Source: an uncultured Chitinophaga sp.
Lineage (GTDB): Bacteria; Bacteroidota; Bacteroidia; Bacteroidales; GCA-2748055
Assembly (NCBI GenBank): GCA_964404825.1
Contig: CAYOLQ010000010.1
Span: 1-48,346, forward strand
Reading direction: 5' to 3'
DNA length: 48,346 nt
Below, in pieces: positions 1 through 10,111 of the stretch. The number at the start of each line of letters is the position of its first letter. The stretch's first letter is position 1. Under the pieces are notes generated by a model. The model worked only from the letters and a program-made list of their open reading frames with translations, ran no database searches and had not been told where the DNA came from. A program made the translations under genes and the position numbers.

Positions 1-1
1 G

Positions 2-73
2 GTCTTGAATTACCTGGATGTCAGAATGAATCATACCAAGGGAACAGGACTAATTGTAAAAGCTATAAAATAA
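2..73 (+). CDS. 3' end of an upstream CDS (partial, product unknown)
   Basis: Frame 2 is open from the window edge (VLNYLDVRMNHTKGTGLIVKAIK) and stops at TAA 71-73, 5 nt before the next gene, which is typical operon spacing. Confidence 0.5.
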   Translation, partial: VLNYLDVRMNHTKGTGLIVKAIK

Positions 74-78
74 ACAGC

Positions 79-1287
79 TTGAATCTCCCATTCTACATAG
101 CAAAACGTTACCTCCTCGCGAAAAAAAAACGAAATGCCATAAACATCATTTCTGCTATTGCTGTGGGAGGGGTTATGGTGGGAACTATGGCTCTGGTTAT
201 TGTTTTGTCTGTTTTTAATGGATTCGACAAAGTAATAAAATCTCTTATTAACTCTTTCGATCCGGATTTGAAAATAACGCTTGTTGAGGGAAAGGTTTTT
301 AATCCTGAGCAGGCCGAAAAGTCAAAAATTCTCGAAATCCCCGGAGTGCTCGATATTTCTGAAGTATTGGAGGAGAACGCTCTTCTGCGATATGATCAGA
401 GACAGTATATCGCAACCATGAAGGGAGTGGACGATCGGTTTATTCATATTTCAGGGATCGATACCATGATGGTTGATGGTGATTTTATACTGGAAAAAGA
501 CGGCAGACCTTTTACCGTTATTGGACAAGGCGTAGCCTACTCACTCAGAGTGGGACTGAACTTTATAAATCCTCTTGTTATTTATGTTCCTGAACGTGTG
601 GGATTGATTAATTTATCAAATCCTACAGGAGCTTTCAGGAAGTTTCCCGTATATCCAAGCGGAGTATTCGGAATCGAGCAGGAATATGATGCAAAATACA
701 TCCTCTTACCCATAAGGAATGTAAGGGAACTACTCGATTATTCGAATGAGGTTACTGCACTGGAAATAAAACTGGAGGATGGAGCTGATGAAGAAGAAAT
801 ACAGAAAGTGATAATAAAAATTCTTCCTCCCGGGTTTGATGTGAAAACGCGCTATCAGCAAAATGAAGTATTCTATAAGATCATGAAATCGGAAAAGTGG
901 GCGATTTTCTTCATCCTTACACTTATTTTGCTGATTGCTTCTTTTAATATAATCGGATCCCTCAGTATGCTTATAATCGATAAGCAGGAAGATATTATAA
1001 GTCTTAAAAACCTTGGCGCAGACACCGGTACGATTAAAAAGATTTTTCTTTTCGAAGGCTGGCTTATTTCTATTTCAGGGTCCTTTCTGGGGATCCTCCT
1101 CGGAACCGGTATTTCCCTGCTTCAGGAAAAATTTGAGATAATAAAACTTGCAGGTAGTGGCTCTTTTGTTCTGGATTCTTATCCTGTTGACATACAAGTT
1201 TTTGATATTTTACTGATCTGGCTTACCGTTATGGTCATTGGCTTCATTGCTGCACTTTACCCCGTGAGGAAACTTTCTTCGAAATAA
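79..1287 (+). CDS. LolC/LolE (FtsX/MacB-type) ABC transporter permease, lipoprotein release
   Basis: N-terminal 'FYIAKRYL...IISAIAVGGVMVGTMALVIVLSVFNGF', a large periplasmic domain, then 'ILLIASFNIIGSLSMLIIDKQEDI..LKNLGA....IKKIFLFEG' and C-terminal TMs. TTG start. Confidence 0.9.
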   Translation: MNLPFYIAKRYLLAKKKRNAINIISAIAVGGVMVGTMALVIVLSVFNGFDKVIKSLINSFDPDLKITLVEGKVFNPEQAEKSKILEIPGVLDISEVLEENALLRYDQRQYIATMKGVDDRFIHISGIDTMMVDGDFILEKDGRPFTVIGQGVAYSLRVGLNFINPLVIYVPERVGLINLSNPTGAFRKFPVYPSGVFGIEQEYDAKYILLPIRNVRELLDYSNEVTALEIKLEDGADEEEIQKVIIKILPPGFDVKTRYQQNEVFYKIMKSEKWAIFFILTLILLIASFNIIGSLSMLIIDKQEDIISLKNLGADTGTIKKIFLFEGWLISISGSFLGILLGTGISLLQEKFEIIKLAGSGSFVLDSYPVDIQVFDILLIWLTVMVIGFIAALYPVRKLSSK

Positions 1288-1529
1288 TTCCAGTAGATAT
1301 TTAATGTTAACACATTGTTTATCTGAACATTAAAATAAGTTGTTTTGAATTTTCTGAAGAAAAATTCTGACTACCGGTGATTTATTGCATGTTTTGAATA
1401 CCCCCGGAATCAATGATTGTTAATATGTATCGGCATCAGGGTATTTTTTCACAAAAAAATTCGCGATATTTTTACATTCTGTATTCTGTTATATGTCAAA
1501 GTTTTAAATATTTCTGTAAAATGAAACTA

Positions 1530-1537
1530 TAATTTTG
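1530..1537 (+). promoter_or_regulatory. Bacteroidota sigma-A -7 box (TAATTTTG) for the SprB-like gene
   Basis: Exact match to TAnnTTTG in the AT-rich intergenic region, 171 nt upstream of ATG 1709. Confidence 0.55.
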
Positions 1538-1708
1538 CAGAAACGTAAAAACTTGCAATTTCATTCCGGAATCCGGATAAAAAATTAATCTGATGAAATC
1601 CACATGTTTCATAATGAGTAATTGTTTAGAAATGAATTTTCACAGAATGTGGGTTCTCCTGCAAAGTCGGGACGTTCGTTCAGGACATTTAAAATAAAAT
1701 AGATTCTG

Positions 1709-4700
1709 ATGAAAAAAAGTCTGCCGGGTTACTTCACAATACTTGCTTTACTTTTGTTTCTTGCAGCAGGGGTAAATGCACAGACAATCGATATTCTGGC
1801 TGTCAGCAAAACAAATGAAACCTGTAATACTGCCGATGACGGAACCATTACCATTAGTGTAACCGGAGGGACAAAGCCTTATGTCTATCATATTATTCGT
1901 GGAATAGATACACGGAATTCAACTGTTACAAATGATACTGTTTTTACTTTTACAGGTGTATGGGCTACAACCTGGAATATCTTCGTTGAAGATAATAATA
2001 GCATTGCAGATTTTAGCAGTATTACGGTCGGACAGCCCGCTCCAATAAGCATTTCGTCTGCCGTAATAACTCCGGTTACCTGTAACGGGTTCAATGACGG
2101 AATTATAACTGTTACCGCCTTAGGAGAGTCGGGTTCTTATATTTTCACACTTAACCCCGGAGCAGTATCAAATGTAAATGGAATTTTTCCGGGATTATCC
2201 CCTGATACCTATACAGTAACAGTTTCCGATGCTACCGGTTGTTCCACTTCTGCAACCACGGGATCTTTGGTAATTAGCGATCCCCTTCCGATAACCGTAA
2301 ATACGGCAGCAAAAACCAACATAACATGTAACGGACTAAATAACGGAACCATTAGTGTTACCGGAATCGGAGGAACAGGCGCATATACATATACCCTGAA
2401 TCCAGGTGCCATTGCGGTTAACGGTACAGGCAGCTTCAACGGACTCAGTCCGGGAAATTATACGGTTACCATTACCGATATTAATTCATGTCCACCGGCT
2501 ACCACAGGCGTTCTGACAGTAAATGAACCCACAGCCGTATCCGGCAGCATAACATCACAGACGAATGTACTTTGTAACGGTTCAGCTACCGGTTCGGTAA
2601 CAGTAACCGGAGCGGGTGGTACAGGCGGCTATACCTATAATATTAACGGGGGAGCTTTTGGCGGGTCAGGCACATTCGGTGGCCTTACAGCGGGTCCTTA
2701 TACGGTTCGTGTCAGAGATTCCAACGGATGTACCGTCATTGTTCCGGTAACCATCACACAACCACCGGTACTTACCGGAAGCATAACCTCACAGACGAAT
2801 GTATTATGTTTTGGAAGCAGTACGGGTTCGGTAACAGTAGCCGGAGGCGGAGGTACAGCACCATATACTTTCAGGATTGGTGCAGGAGTATTCGGACCCT
2901 CAGGAACTTTCAGCGGACTTGCATCGGGAGCCCATACTGTGCAGGTAAGGGATGCCAATGGCTGCACGGTAAACGTACCGGTAAGTATCACACAACCGGC
3001 ATCGGCAGTATCAGGCAGTATAACGGGACAAACGAACGTATTGTGTTTTGGCGGCTCCACAGGATCGGTAACAGTATCGGGTTCGGGAGGAACTTTACCC
3101 TACACGTATAATATTGACGGAGGTTCTTTTGTAGCATCGGGAACATTCAGCGGACTGTCAGCAGGAGCGCATCCGGTGCAGGTAAGAGACGGAAACGGGT
3201 GTATAGCCAACGTACCGGTAACGATAACACAACCGGCTTCGGGAGTAACAGTAAGCATAACAAGTCAGACCAATGTATTGTGTTTTGGCACTTCCACGGG
3301 ATCGGTAACGGTATCAGGAAGCGGTGGACTGGCTCCATATAATTTCAATATTGATGGAGGCGTATTTGGATTACCTTCAACATTTAACGGATTAGCAGCC
3401 GGAGGACACCCTGTGCAGATAAGAGACGCAAACGGGTGTACTTCAAATGTGGCAGTGAACATTACACAACCGGCATCAGCCGTATCAGGCAGCATAACCT
3501 CACAGACGAATGTACTTTGTAACGGTTCAGCTACCGGTTCGGTAACAGTAACCGGAGCGGGTGGTACAGGCGGCTATACCTATAATATTAACGGGGGAGC
3601 TTTTGGCGGGTCAGGCACATTCGGTGGCCTTACAGCGGGTCCTTATACGGTTCGTGTCAGAGATTCCAACGGATGTACCGTCATTGTTCCGGTAACCATC
3701 ACACAACCACCGGTACTTACCGGAAGCATAACCTCACAGACGAATGTATTATGTTTTGGAAGCAGTACGGGTTCGGTAACAGTAGCCGGAGGCGGAGGTA
3801 CAGCACCATATACTTTCAGGATTGGTGCAGGAGTATTCGGACCCTCAGGAACTTTCAGCGGACTTGCATCGGGAGCCCATACTGTGCAGGTAAGGGATGC
3901 CAATGGCTGCACGGTAAACGTACCGGTAAGTATCACACAACCGGCATCGGCAGTATCAGGCAGTATAACGGGACAAACGAACGTATTGTGTTTTGGCGGC
4001 TCCACAGGATCGGTAACAGTATCGGGTTCGGGAGGAACTTTACCCTACACGTATAATATTGACGGAGGTTCTTTTGTAGCATCGGGAACATTCAGCGGAC
4101 TGTCAGCAGGAGCGCATCCGGTGCAGGTAAGAGACGGAAACGGGTGTATAGCCAACGTACCGGTAACGATAACACAACCGGCTTCGGGAGTAACAGTAAG
4201 CATAACAAGTCAGACCAATGTATTGTGTTTTGGCACTTCCACGGGATCGGTAACGGTATCAGGAAGCGGTGGACTGGCTCCATATAATTTCAATATTGAT
4301 GGAGGCGTATTTGGATTACCTTCAACATTTAACGGATTAGCAGCCGGAGGACACCCTGTGCAGATAAGAGACGCAAACGGGTGTACTTCAAATGTGGCAG
4401 TGAATATAACACAACCCACTCTTCTGACCTCATCAACTTCAAAAACCGATATTACCTGCAACGGTCTTACCAATGGAACAGTAACGATTACAGCTACAGG
4501 TGGTGTTGAGCCCTACACCTATTCCAGAGTACCTTTTGCCTATCAGGGTTCCAACACATTTATCAATCTCACAAAAAACACCTATAATTTCAATACCAGA
4601 GATGCCAATGGCTGTATAAGCTCAGGCACGGCAACCATTGATGAACCGCTTGCTTTAGCAATACCAAGCGAAATAAAGATCGATAACAATGTTTGTTTTG

Positions 4701-7531
4701 GTGATAGTCTTGGTGAAGTAAGAATTCTTCTCGTTTCAGGAGGTGTGAGCCCCTATGTGTATTCAATAAATGCAGGTGTCGATTTTTATCCTACCGGTAT
4801 ATTCACGAATCTTCCTGCGGGAGGCTATCAGACAGTTGTGCGGGATGCTAATGGCTGTATTAAAAATGGTAATCTGAATAATATCAGTCAGCCGGCAAAA
4901 ATGTATATCAACAATTATGCACAGCTGGAAGTTACGGATTGTTTCGGAAACAATAACGGCCAGATTGCTATTGAAGCTGCCGGAGGTACAGGTGCCATCA
5001 CTTATGATCTGGATGGACTTATCAATAATACCACTGGAATATTCCCTGCAATAGGTGGAGGAGATCACCTGGTAACAATGACTGATACCAAGGCTTGCAG
5101 CATCGATACTGCTGTTAATCTGACAGAACCTGTTGAAATTGTATTTTCGGGACTTACGATTACCCATGTATCAGGATGCAGCGGTAATTCGAATGCAGCT
5201 GTAGATGCCGTAGCTGCTGGTGGTACAGGTTCTTTTGAATATTCTTTTAACGGGGGATCATATCAGGCCCTGGGGAATTATACCGGCCTGACTGCAGGCG
5301 TATACACTCTTTCGGCAAGAGATGGTAACATGTGTGTGAAAGATACAGTCATCAACATTTCAGAACCTGCAGCCATCGGGATACTTACACAGGCATCATC
5401 AAATGTAAGCTGTGCCGGCGCCGATGACGGAAGCATCAGTATTACCGCTTCAGGTGGTTCCGGTATTTACACCTACACCCTTAATCCGTTGGCAATAGCA
5501 ACTAACAATACCGGGAGTTTTGTTTCCCTTTCTCCGGGTATTTATACAGTGGATATAAGTGACGATTTGGGATGCGGACCTGTTACTTCCCCTTCTTTTG
5601 ATATTACCTCACCATCTGCGATTATCAGGGACTCGGTAATCAGTAAAGAGATAAGCTGCAATAGTCTGGCTGATGCTGAAATACATATTTATGCTTCAGG
5701 GGGCAGCGCTCCCTTTACATACAGCAGCAACGGGGAAGTCAGTTACGTTGTTCAGAGTGATTTCACAGGACTTTCAGCAGGGGTATATCCACTTTCCGTA
5801 AAGGATGGAAATGGCTGTGTACTAACTCTGGAAACCCTGAACTTCTTAGATCCCCCGGCATTAAGCATGGTAAGTGAAAATAAAGTTGATATTACCAATT
5901 GCGCTAATGATCCCGTGGGAGAGGTTGATTTTGTTGTCAACGGAGGAACAGGTGCCATTGAATACAGTCTTGATTTGCTGAGTTGGCAAGCCTCGGGACA
6001 TTTTACAGGTTTATCCGGAGGAAATTATACAGTTACTTCGCGGGATCAGAATCTCTGCACACTCAGCTCATCTGTACTTACGGTTACAGCACCGGCTGCA
6101 CTATCAGCTGAATTTCTTACAACTCCGGACCTGAATGAGTTTAATAAAGGATCCATTGATATTATTAATGTTACAGGTGGCACAGGCACTTTACTTTTCT
6201 CCATAACGGGACCGGGAGGTACGTTCAGTGCACAGACAAGCTATACAGGGCTCGATGCAGGAAGCTACCCTGTAGTAATCCGTGATGAAAACAATTGCAC
6301 ATTTGAGAAAACAATTGTGGTATCTTCGATTCCCGCCCTGGATGTTACCGTTGCATTTACCCATTCCACCTGTAACGGTACCGATGATGGCTCAATTACA
6401 ATGAACATTACCAATGGAACACCTCTGATTGAATATTCCATTGACGATTCAGCCACCTGGGTTGGTGCTGAAAACTTTACCGATCTGGCACCCGGAACCT
6501 ATTATATTTTCGCGAGAGACGGACAGGGCAGATATTTCCAGGATACGGTTTTACTTACAGAGCCATTACAGATTAATATTTTTGGAAACGTCACACCTTC
6601 AACCTGTTCTTCGTTCAGTGATGACGGGGCTATAGATGTAAGTGTTAACGGGGGAGATTCTCCTTATACCTATCTGTGGGGAGGTGGTGAAATCACACAG
6701 GATCTTATCGGGATAAGCGCAGGAACGTATAGCCTTACTGTTACTGATTCAAAATCATGTACCAACGTAATGGACTTCGTGCTTCCTGCCATTACAATTG
6801 TGGAAGCTGATGCAGGACCTGACACAACGATTTGTTCTGGTGAATCCATTGTTCTGAATGGCTCAGGTGCTGTTATGATGAGCTGGACACCGGTTGAGGG
6901 ATTAAGCAATCCGAATATTGCTAATCCTGTTGCTTCAATATCCGCCGATGCAAGTTATGTTTTAACTGTTACCGGATTTAACGACTGTACGGATACTGAT
7001 ACCATCAACATTATTGTCAGACCTTATCTTGGCCTTAGCGCAGGAAATGATACCACTATTATTAAAAACGAGGAAATTACTCTGACAGCAAGCGGAGGCC
7101 CTTTCGAAAGTTACAGCTGGCAGCCGGTAACCGGATTGGCGACACCCGATCAGGCGGAATCACTTGCAAACCCATTGGTTAATACCATTTATATCGTTTC
7201 AGCTGTCAGCGAGTTTGGGTGTACCGAAACCGACACAATGGTGGTCAGAATTGCTGAGAGCCTGATTGTTTACGATGTTTTTTCACCCAACAACGGAGAT
7301 GATCTGAACAACTTTTTTGAAATTGAAAACGCATCCCTTTATCCCGATATACTTGTGGAAGTCTTTACCCGTTGGGGAGAGAAAATTTTCAGCTCAAAAG
7401 GATACAGCGATGATCTGCGATGGGACGGAACATATAAGAGTAAGGACGTCCCGATAGGAACATATTATTATGTAATCGTTCCCTATAAGGGAGCTGAAGC
7501 CCTTACCGGACCTTTAACAATTGTGAGATAG
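1709..7531 (+). CDS. Large SprB-repeat surface protein with T9SS type-B (gliding motility-associated) C-terminal domain
   Basis: Signal peptide, then about 20 ~75-80 aa repeats of type 'VxCxGxxxGSxTVxxxGGxxPYTY...F.GL.AG.Y.V.V.D.NGC'. C-terminus 'VFSPNNGDDLNNFFEI...VFTRWGEKIF...WDGTYKSKDVPIGTYYYVI...LTIVR'. Immediately followed by a porP/sprF-family gene. Confidence 0.93.
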   Translation: MKKSLPGYFTILALLLFLAAGVNAQTIDILAVSKTNETCNTADDGTITISVTGGTKPYVYHIIRGIDTRNSTVTNDTVFTFTGVWATTWNIFVEDNNSIADFSSITVGQPAPISISSAVITPVTCNGFNDGIITVTALGESGSYIFTLNPGAVSNVNGIFPGLSPDTYTVTVSDATGCSTSATTGSLVISDPLPITVNTAAKTNITCNGLNNGTISVTGIGGTGAYTYTLNPGAIAVNGTGSFNGLSPGNYTVTITDINSCPPATTGVLTVNEPTAVSGSITSQTNVLCNGSATGSVTVTGAGGTGGYTYNINGGAFGGSGTFGGLTAGPYTVRVRDSNGCTVIVPVTITQPPVLTGSITSQTNVLCFGSSTGSVTVAGGGGTAPYTFRIGAGVFGPSGTFSGLASGAHTVQVRDANGCTVNVPVSITQPASAVSGSITGQTNVLCFGGSTGSVTVSGSGGTLPYTYNIDGGSFVASGTFSGLSAGAHPVQVRDGNGCIANVPVTITQPASGVTVSITSQTNVLCFGTSTGSVTVSGSGGLAPYNFNIDGGVFGLPSTFNGLAAGGHPVQIRDANGCTSNVAVNITQPASAVSGSITSQTNVLCNGSATGSVTVTGAGGTGGYTYNINGGAFGGSGTFGGLTAGPYTVRVRDSNGCTVIVPVTITQPPVLTGSITSQTNVLCFGSSTGSVTVAGGGGTAPYTFRIGAGVFGPSGTFSGLASGAHTVQVRDANGCTVNVPVSITQPASAVSGSITGQTNVLCFGGSTGSVTVSGSGGTLPYTYNIDGGSFVASGTFSGLSAGAHPVQVRDGNGCIANVPVTITQPASGVTVSITSQTNVLCFGTSTGSVTVSGSGGLAPYNFNIDGGVFGLPSTFNGLAAGGHPVQIRDANGCTSNVAVNITQPTLLTSSTSKTDITCNGLTNGTVTITATGGVEPYTYSRVPFAYQGSNTFINLTKNTYNFNTRDANGCISSGTATIDEPLALAIPSEIKIDNNVCFGDSLGEVRILLVSGGVSPYVYSINAGVDFYPTGIFTNLPAGGYQTVVRDANGCIKNGNLNNISQPAKMYINNYAQLEVTDCFGNNNGQIAIEAAGGTGAITYDLDGLINNTTGIFPAIGGGDHLVTMTDTKACSIDTAVNLTEPVEIVFSGLTITHVSGCSGNSNAAVDAVAAGGTGSFEYSFNGGSYQALGNYTGLTAGVYTLSARDGNMCVKDTVINISEPAAIGILTQASSNVSCAGADDGSISITASGGSGIYTYTLNPLAIATNNTGSFVSLSPGIYTVDISDDLGCGPVTSPSFDITSPSAIIRDSVISKEISCNSLADAEIHIYASGGSAPFTYSSNGEVSYVVQSDFTGLSAGVYPLSVKDGNGCVLTLETLNFLDPPALSMVSENKVDITNCANDPVGEVDFVVNGGTGAIEYSLDLLSWQASGHFTGLSGGNYTVTSRDQNLCTLSSSVLTVTAPAALSAEFLTTPDLNEFNKGSIDIINVTGGTGTLLFSITGPGGTFSAQTSYTGLDAGSYPVVIRDENNCTFEKTIVVSSIPALDVTVAFTHSTCNGTDDGSITMNITNGTPLIEYSIDDSATWVGAENFTDLAPGTYYIFARDGQGRYFQDTVLLTEPLQINIFGNVTPSTCSSFSDDGAIDVSVNGGDSPYTYLWGGGEITQDLIGISAGTYSLTVTDSKSCTNVMDFVLPAITIVEADAGPDTTICSGESIVLNGSGAVMMSWTPVEGLSNPNIANPVASISADASYVLTVTGFNDCTDTDTINIIVRPYLGLSAGNDTTIIKNEEITLTASGGPFESYSWQPVTGLATPDQAESLANPLVNTIYIVSAVSEFGCTETDTMVVRIAESLIVYDVFSPNNGDDLNNFFEIENASLYPDILVEVFTRWGEKIFSSKGYSDDLRWDGTYKSKDVPIGTYYYVIVPYKGAEALTGPLTIVR
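2532..4416 (+). repeat. Intragenic tandem duplication, period 945 bp (315 aa, four SprB repeats)
   Basis: 2555-3459 reads identical to 3500-4404 by eye, with a few mismatches only at the edges (e.g. 2542/3487, 2554/3499, 3460/4405). Shadow ORFs recur at a 945-nt offset (2698/3643, 2728/3673, 3147/4092). Confidence 0.95.
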
Positions 7532-7533
7532 CC

Positions 7534-8427
7534 ATGAAGAAGATAATAATCATAGTCCTGCTTGTGGCCGGAGGGATTTCTTCCGTTCTGGCTCAGCAAT
7601 CCCCGCATTTCACCCAGTACATGTTTAATGACTTTGTGATAAATCCGGCTATTGCAGGTACAAACGACTATTACCAGATACGCACCAATCACAGATTTCA
7701 GTGGATAGGAATTTCAGATCCCCCTTTAACAAATACATTGAGTTTTTACGGCCCTCATGGTAAGCTGCCAATGGGTTTCGGGGGATATTTTTACAACGAC
7801 GTTACCGGACCAACAAGCCGCACAGGTATTACCGGCTCCTTTGCTTATAATATTGAGATTAACAAGGATATGCGTTTGTCGGGTGGATTGTCGTTAGGAT
7901 TAATGCAGTACAAGCTTGATGGTACCCAGGTAAACCCGAAAGACCTGGCCGACCTTGCAATTCAACCGATTGTGAATTCATCATATGTTCCCGATGCTGC
8001 AATTGGTTTTTACCTTTATGCAAAAGATTATTACGCGGGCTTTTCGGCCAATCAGCTTTTAAATAACAAACTGAAGATTTACGAGGTTAAAAGTGGTCTC
8101 AATAAGCTTAAATCACATTTTTATCTTACCGGGGGATACAAGTATAAGATCGACAGGGATTTTACCGTTGAGCCTTCGGCCATTATCAAAGTAACGGCAC
8201 CACGGGCATTTCAGTTCGACCTGACAGCAAGGGTAATTTATCAGGAGATGTTCTGGGGAGGACTTTCCTTCCGCATGAAAGATGCCGTTTCGATATTACT
8301 GGGTTACAACTACGAAGACAAATTCAGTTTTGGATATGCCTATGATATGGGTATAAATGGATTAAGGAAATATAATTCAGGCTCGCATGAGCTCATGATT
8401 GGATATAGATTTAATGATATCAAATAA
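7534..8427 (+). CDS. T9SS membrane protein, PorP/SprF family (partner of the upstream type-B cargo)
   Basis: 'AQQSPHFTQYMFNDFVINPAIAG...HRFQWIG...P.T', 'HFYLTGGY', 'WGGLSFR', 'GYAYD...SGSHELMIGYRF'. Confidence 0.93.
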   Translation: MKKIIIIVLLVAGGISSVLAQQSPHFTQYMFNDFVINPAIAGTNDYYQIRTNHRFQWIGISDPPLTNTLSFYGPHGKLPMGFGGYFYNDVTGPTSRTGITGSFAYNIEINKDMRLSGGLSLGLMQYKLDGTQVNPKDLADLAIQPIVNSSYVPDAAIGFYLYAKDYYAGFSANQLLNNKLKIYEVKSGLNKLKSHFYLTGGYKYKIDRDFTVEPSAIIKVTAPRAFQFDLTARVIYQEMFWGGLSFRMKDAVSILLGYNYEDKFSFGYAYDMGINGLRKYNSGSHELMIGYRFNDIK

Positions 8428-8488
8428 ACGGCGCTTGAAAAATGCAAGGTTTCCAGGGGTGCTGATTAGGGATTTATAAAACCGGGGA

Positions 8489-9682
8489 TCAGAGAAGCAC
8501 TTTTACTTTTGAATTCTGTTTCAGGCGGAGATTCTGCAAGTCAACATTTTCGATCAGAACAACACCGGGTTTTTTCCCTTCTTCAAAACTACCGCACCAC
8601 TTATCAATTCCAAGAGCCTTAGCACCGTTATAGCCTGCCCACAAAAGTAACTGGTGAACAGGAATTTCGGGGTGCAAATCCTGAAGCATAATAATTTCTT
8701 CCAGAATGGAAAGTTTATCATTCGAAGCCAGACTATCTGTTCCAATGCAAATGCGTTCCGGATATTTGTCCATAAGGTACTTTCCCGGCCCGACTCCCCC
8801 GATATAAAAATTTGATTTTGGACACAGAACCCAGTATGCATCCGCATTATGCACACCCGAATCAACAACATCCGCATCTGTGGTATAGAGATTATGTACA
8901 AGAAGGGTGCGCATATCCGTACGAAGTTGATCCATGAGCCAGGGAAGTGAGTTTTTATTTTGCGGAGTCTTAACACTCAGATCGAATCCCATTTTTTGGA
9001 AAGTCCTGAATAACTCCCCGGAAGCAGCTGAAATCATCTCATTTTCCGATACTGTTTCCTGATTATGTACTGAAAGCATCTTGTCTTCAGGTCCGGCCCC
9101 CTCTCGGATAAGGGTGAAAAGGGTTTCGCCAAGACTATAGGCTGAATGCGGTGTAAGACTTGCCGGAATCGAATATTTTTGTCGTGCCTGATGCACCAGA
9201 TTCTGTCCGTTCCGGTAAATGTCCTGAGCTAAAGCCCGCGATGTGCCAAAGATTTCCACAAAACTTTGATACCAGATGGTGCTGGCGGATTTTGTGGAGA
9301 AGGAATCGGAAGTGTTACATATATCCCCAACAGCCACTATTCCCTCTCTTCTCATCTCCTTATCGGCTTCAATGATTGCAGTTTTAATTCTCTCCGGATC
9401 TGCTTTTCTGCCGGGAATAATATTTTCAATGAATCCTGTAAGTTCAGTATTTCGCGGGATTTTACCCAGCATATGCGAAAGTTCGATATGGCAATGGGCA
9501 TTTACAAAACCCGGCACCAGCAATCCGTTATAATGTTCCAGATTAGCCTCTTCGCTAAGCATTCCCCCGGTATCCTTAAGATCCAGAACGCGGCCATTTT
9601 CGGAAAGATACAGTATACCGTTTTTCAGGAAGCCTTTGTTTCCGGAGAAAATATAACTGGCAGATATTTTTCTGATCCCCAT
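8489..9682 (-). CDS. Metal-dependent amidohydrolase (SsnA/MTA-SAH/aminodeoxyfutalosine deaminase-like)
   Basis: 'PGFVNAHCHIELS', 'PHSAYS', 'HNQE', 'LCPKSN', 'GTDSLASN', 'NGAKALG...G.FEEGKKP'. Confidence 0.85.
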   Translation of the reverse strand: MGIRKISASYIFSGNKGFLKNGILYLSENGRVLDLKDTGGMLSEEANLEHYNGLLVPGFVNAHCHIELSHMLGKIPRNTELTGFIENIIPGRKADPERIKTAIIEADKEMRREGIVAVGDICNTSDSFSTKSASTIWYQSFVEIFGTSRALAQDIYRNGQNLVHQARQKYSIPASLTPHSAYSLGETLFTLIREGAGPEDKMLSVHNQETVSENEMISAASGELFRTFQKMGFDLSVKTPQNKNSLPWLMDQLRTDMRTLLVHNLYTTDADVVDSGVHNADAYWVLCPKSNFYIGGVGPGKYLMDKYPERICIGTDSLASNDKLSILEEIIMLQDLHPEIPVHQLLLWAGYNGAKALGIDKWCGSFEEGKKPGVVLIENVDLQNLRLKQNSKVKVLL

Positions 9683-9688
9683 AAACTA

Positions 9689-10072
9689 TTACTCCTCAAT
9701 GGCTTCTTTGATCAATTGCGGATTATTATTTTTAAGAGTATCAAGCGTATAGTTGAGTTTCAGTAATACCTCATCATAAAGTTTAATATAAAGATCCGGC
9801 TGGCGAATGTACATGGCAACCGTGCTATCGAAATCAGCCTGGGTTACATCATATTTTTCGAAAACGCAGGCATAGAGGTCAAGACTGTCACCCGGTTCAT
9901 ACTTCCGGTAATAATTGCTTGAATTCGTAATTATGTCGGTAATGTGTATACCAATAAGAATTTCAATTAATTTATCCCTGTGGATCAAATCCTTGGTCTT
10001 CATTTTGGTAAAATCATCTTTGCAGGATAAAATTGCAGCGAAAAGGAAGAATAGGGCCAGAATTCTTTTCAT
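9689..10072 (-). CDS. DUF4296-like lipoprotein
   Basis: Lipobox 'AILSC', plus 'LI..DKLIEILI.IHI.D' and 'VFEKYDVTQADFDSTVAMY...P..Y.KLY..V'. Confidence 0.75.
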   Translation of the reverse strand: MKRILALFFLFAAILSCKDDFTKMKTKDLIHRDKLIEILIGIHITDIITNSSNYYRKYEPGDSLDLYACVFEKYDVTQADFDSTVAMYIRQPDLYIKLYDEVLLKLNYTLDTLKNNNPQLIKEAIEE

Positions 10073-10100
10073 GGTATTGCTTATCGGGGATAAATAATTG

Positions 10101-10108
10101 CAAATGTA
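10101..10108 (-). promoter_or_regulatory. -7 box (TACATTTG) for the DUF4296-amidohydrolase pair
   Basis: Reverse complement of CAAATGTA matches TAnnTTTG, 28 nt upstream of the start codon. Confidence 0.55.
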
Positions 10109-10111
10109 AGA

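Noticed and set aside
1593-1697. 34-codon ORF (MKSTCFIMSNCLEMNFHRMWVLLQSRDVRSGHLK) in the SprB-like gene leader
   Set aside because: It has no recognisable motif or attenuator hairpin, and ORFs of this length arise by chance.
2532-4416. Repeats as a CRISPR array or mobile element
   Set aside because: These are in-frame coding repeats with no short repeat-spacer structure, no terminal inverted repeats and no transposase or cas genes.
1888-7692. Many short ORFs overlapping the SprB-like gene and the start of its PorP/SprF partner, some appearing twice
   Set aside because: They are shadow frames of a repetitive Gly/Thr-rich gene, and their duplication just reflects the 945-bp repeat.
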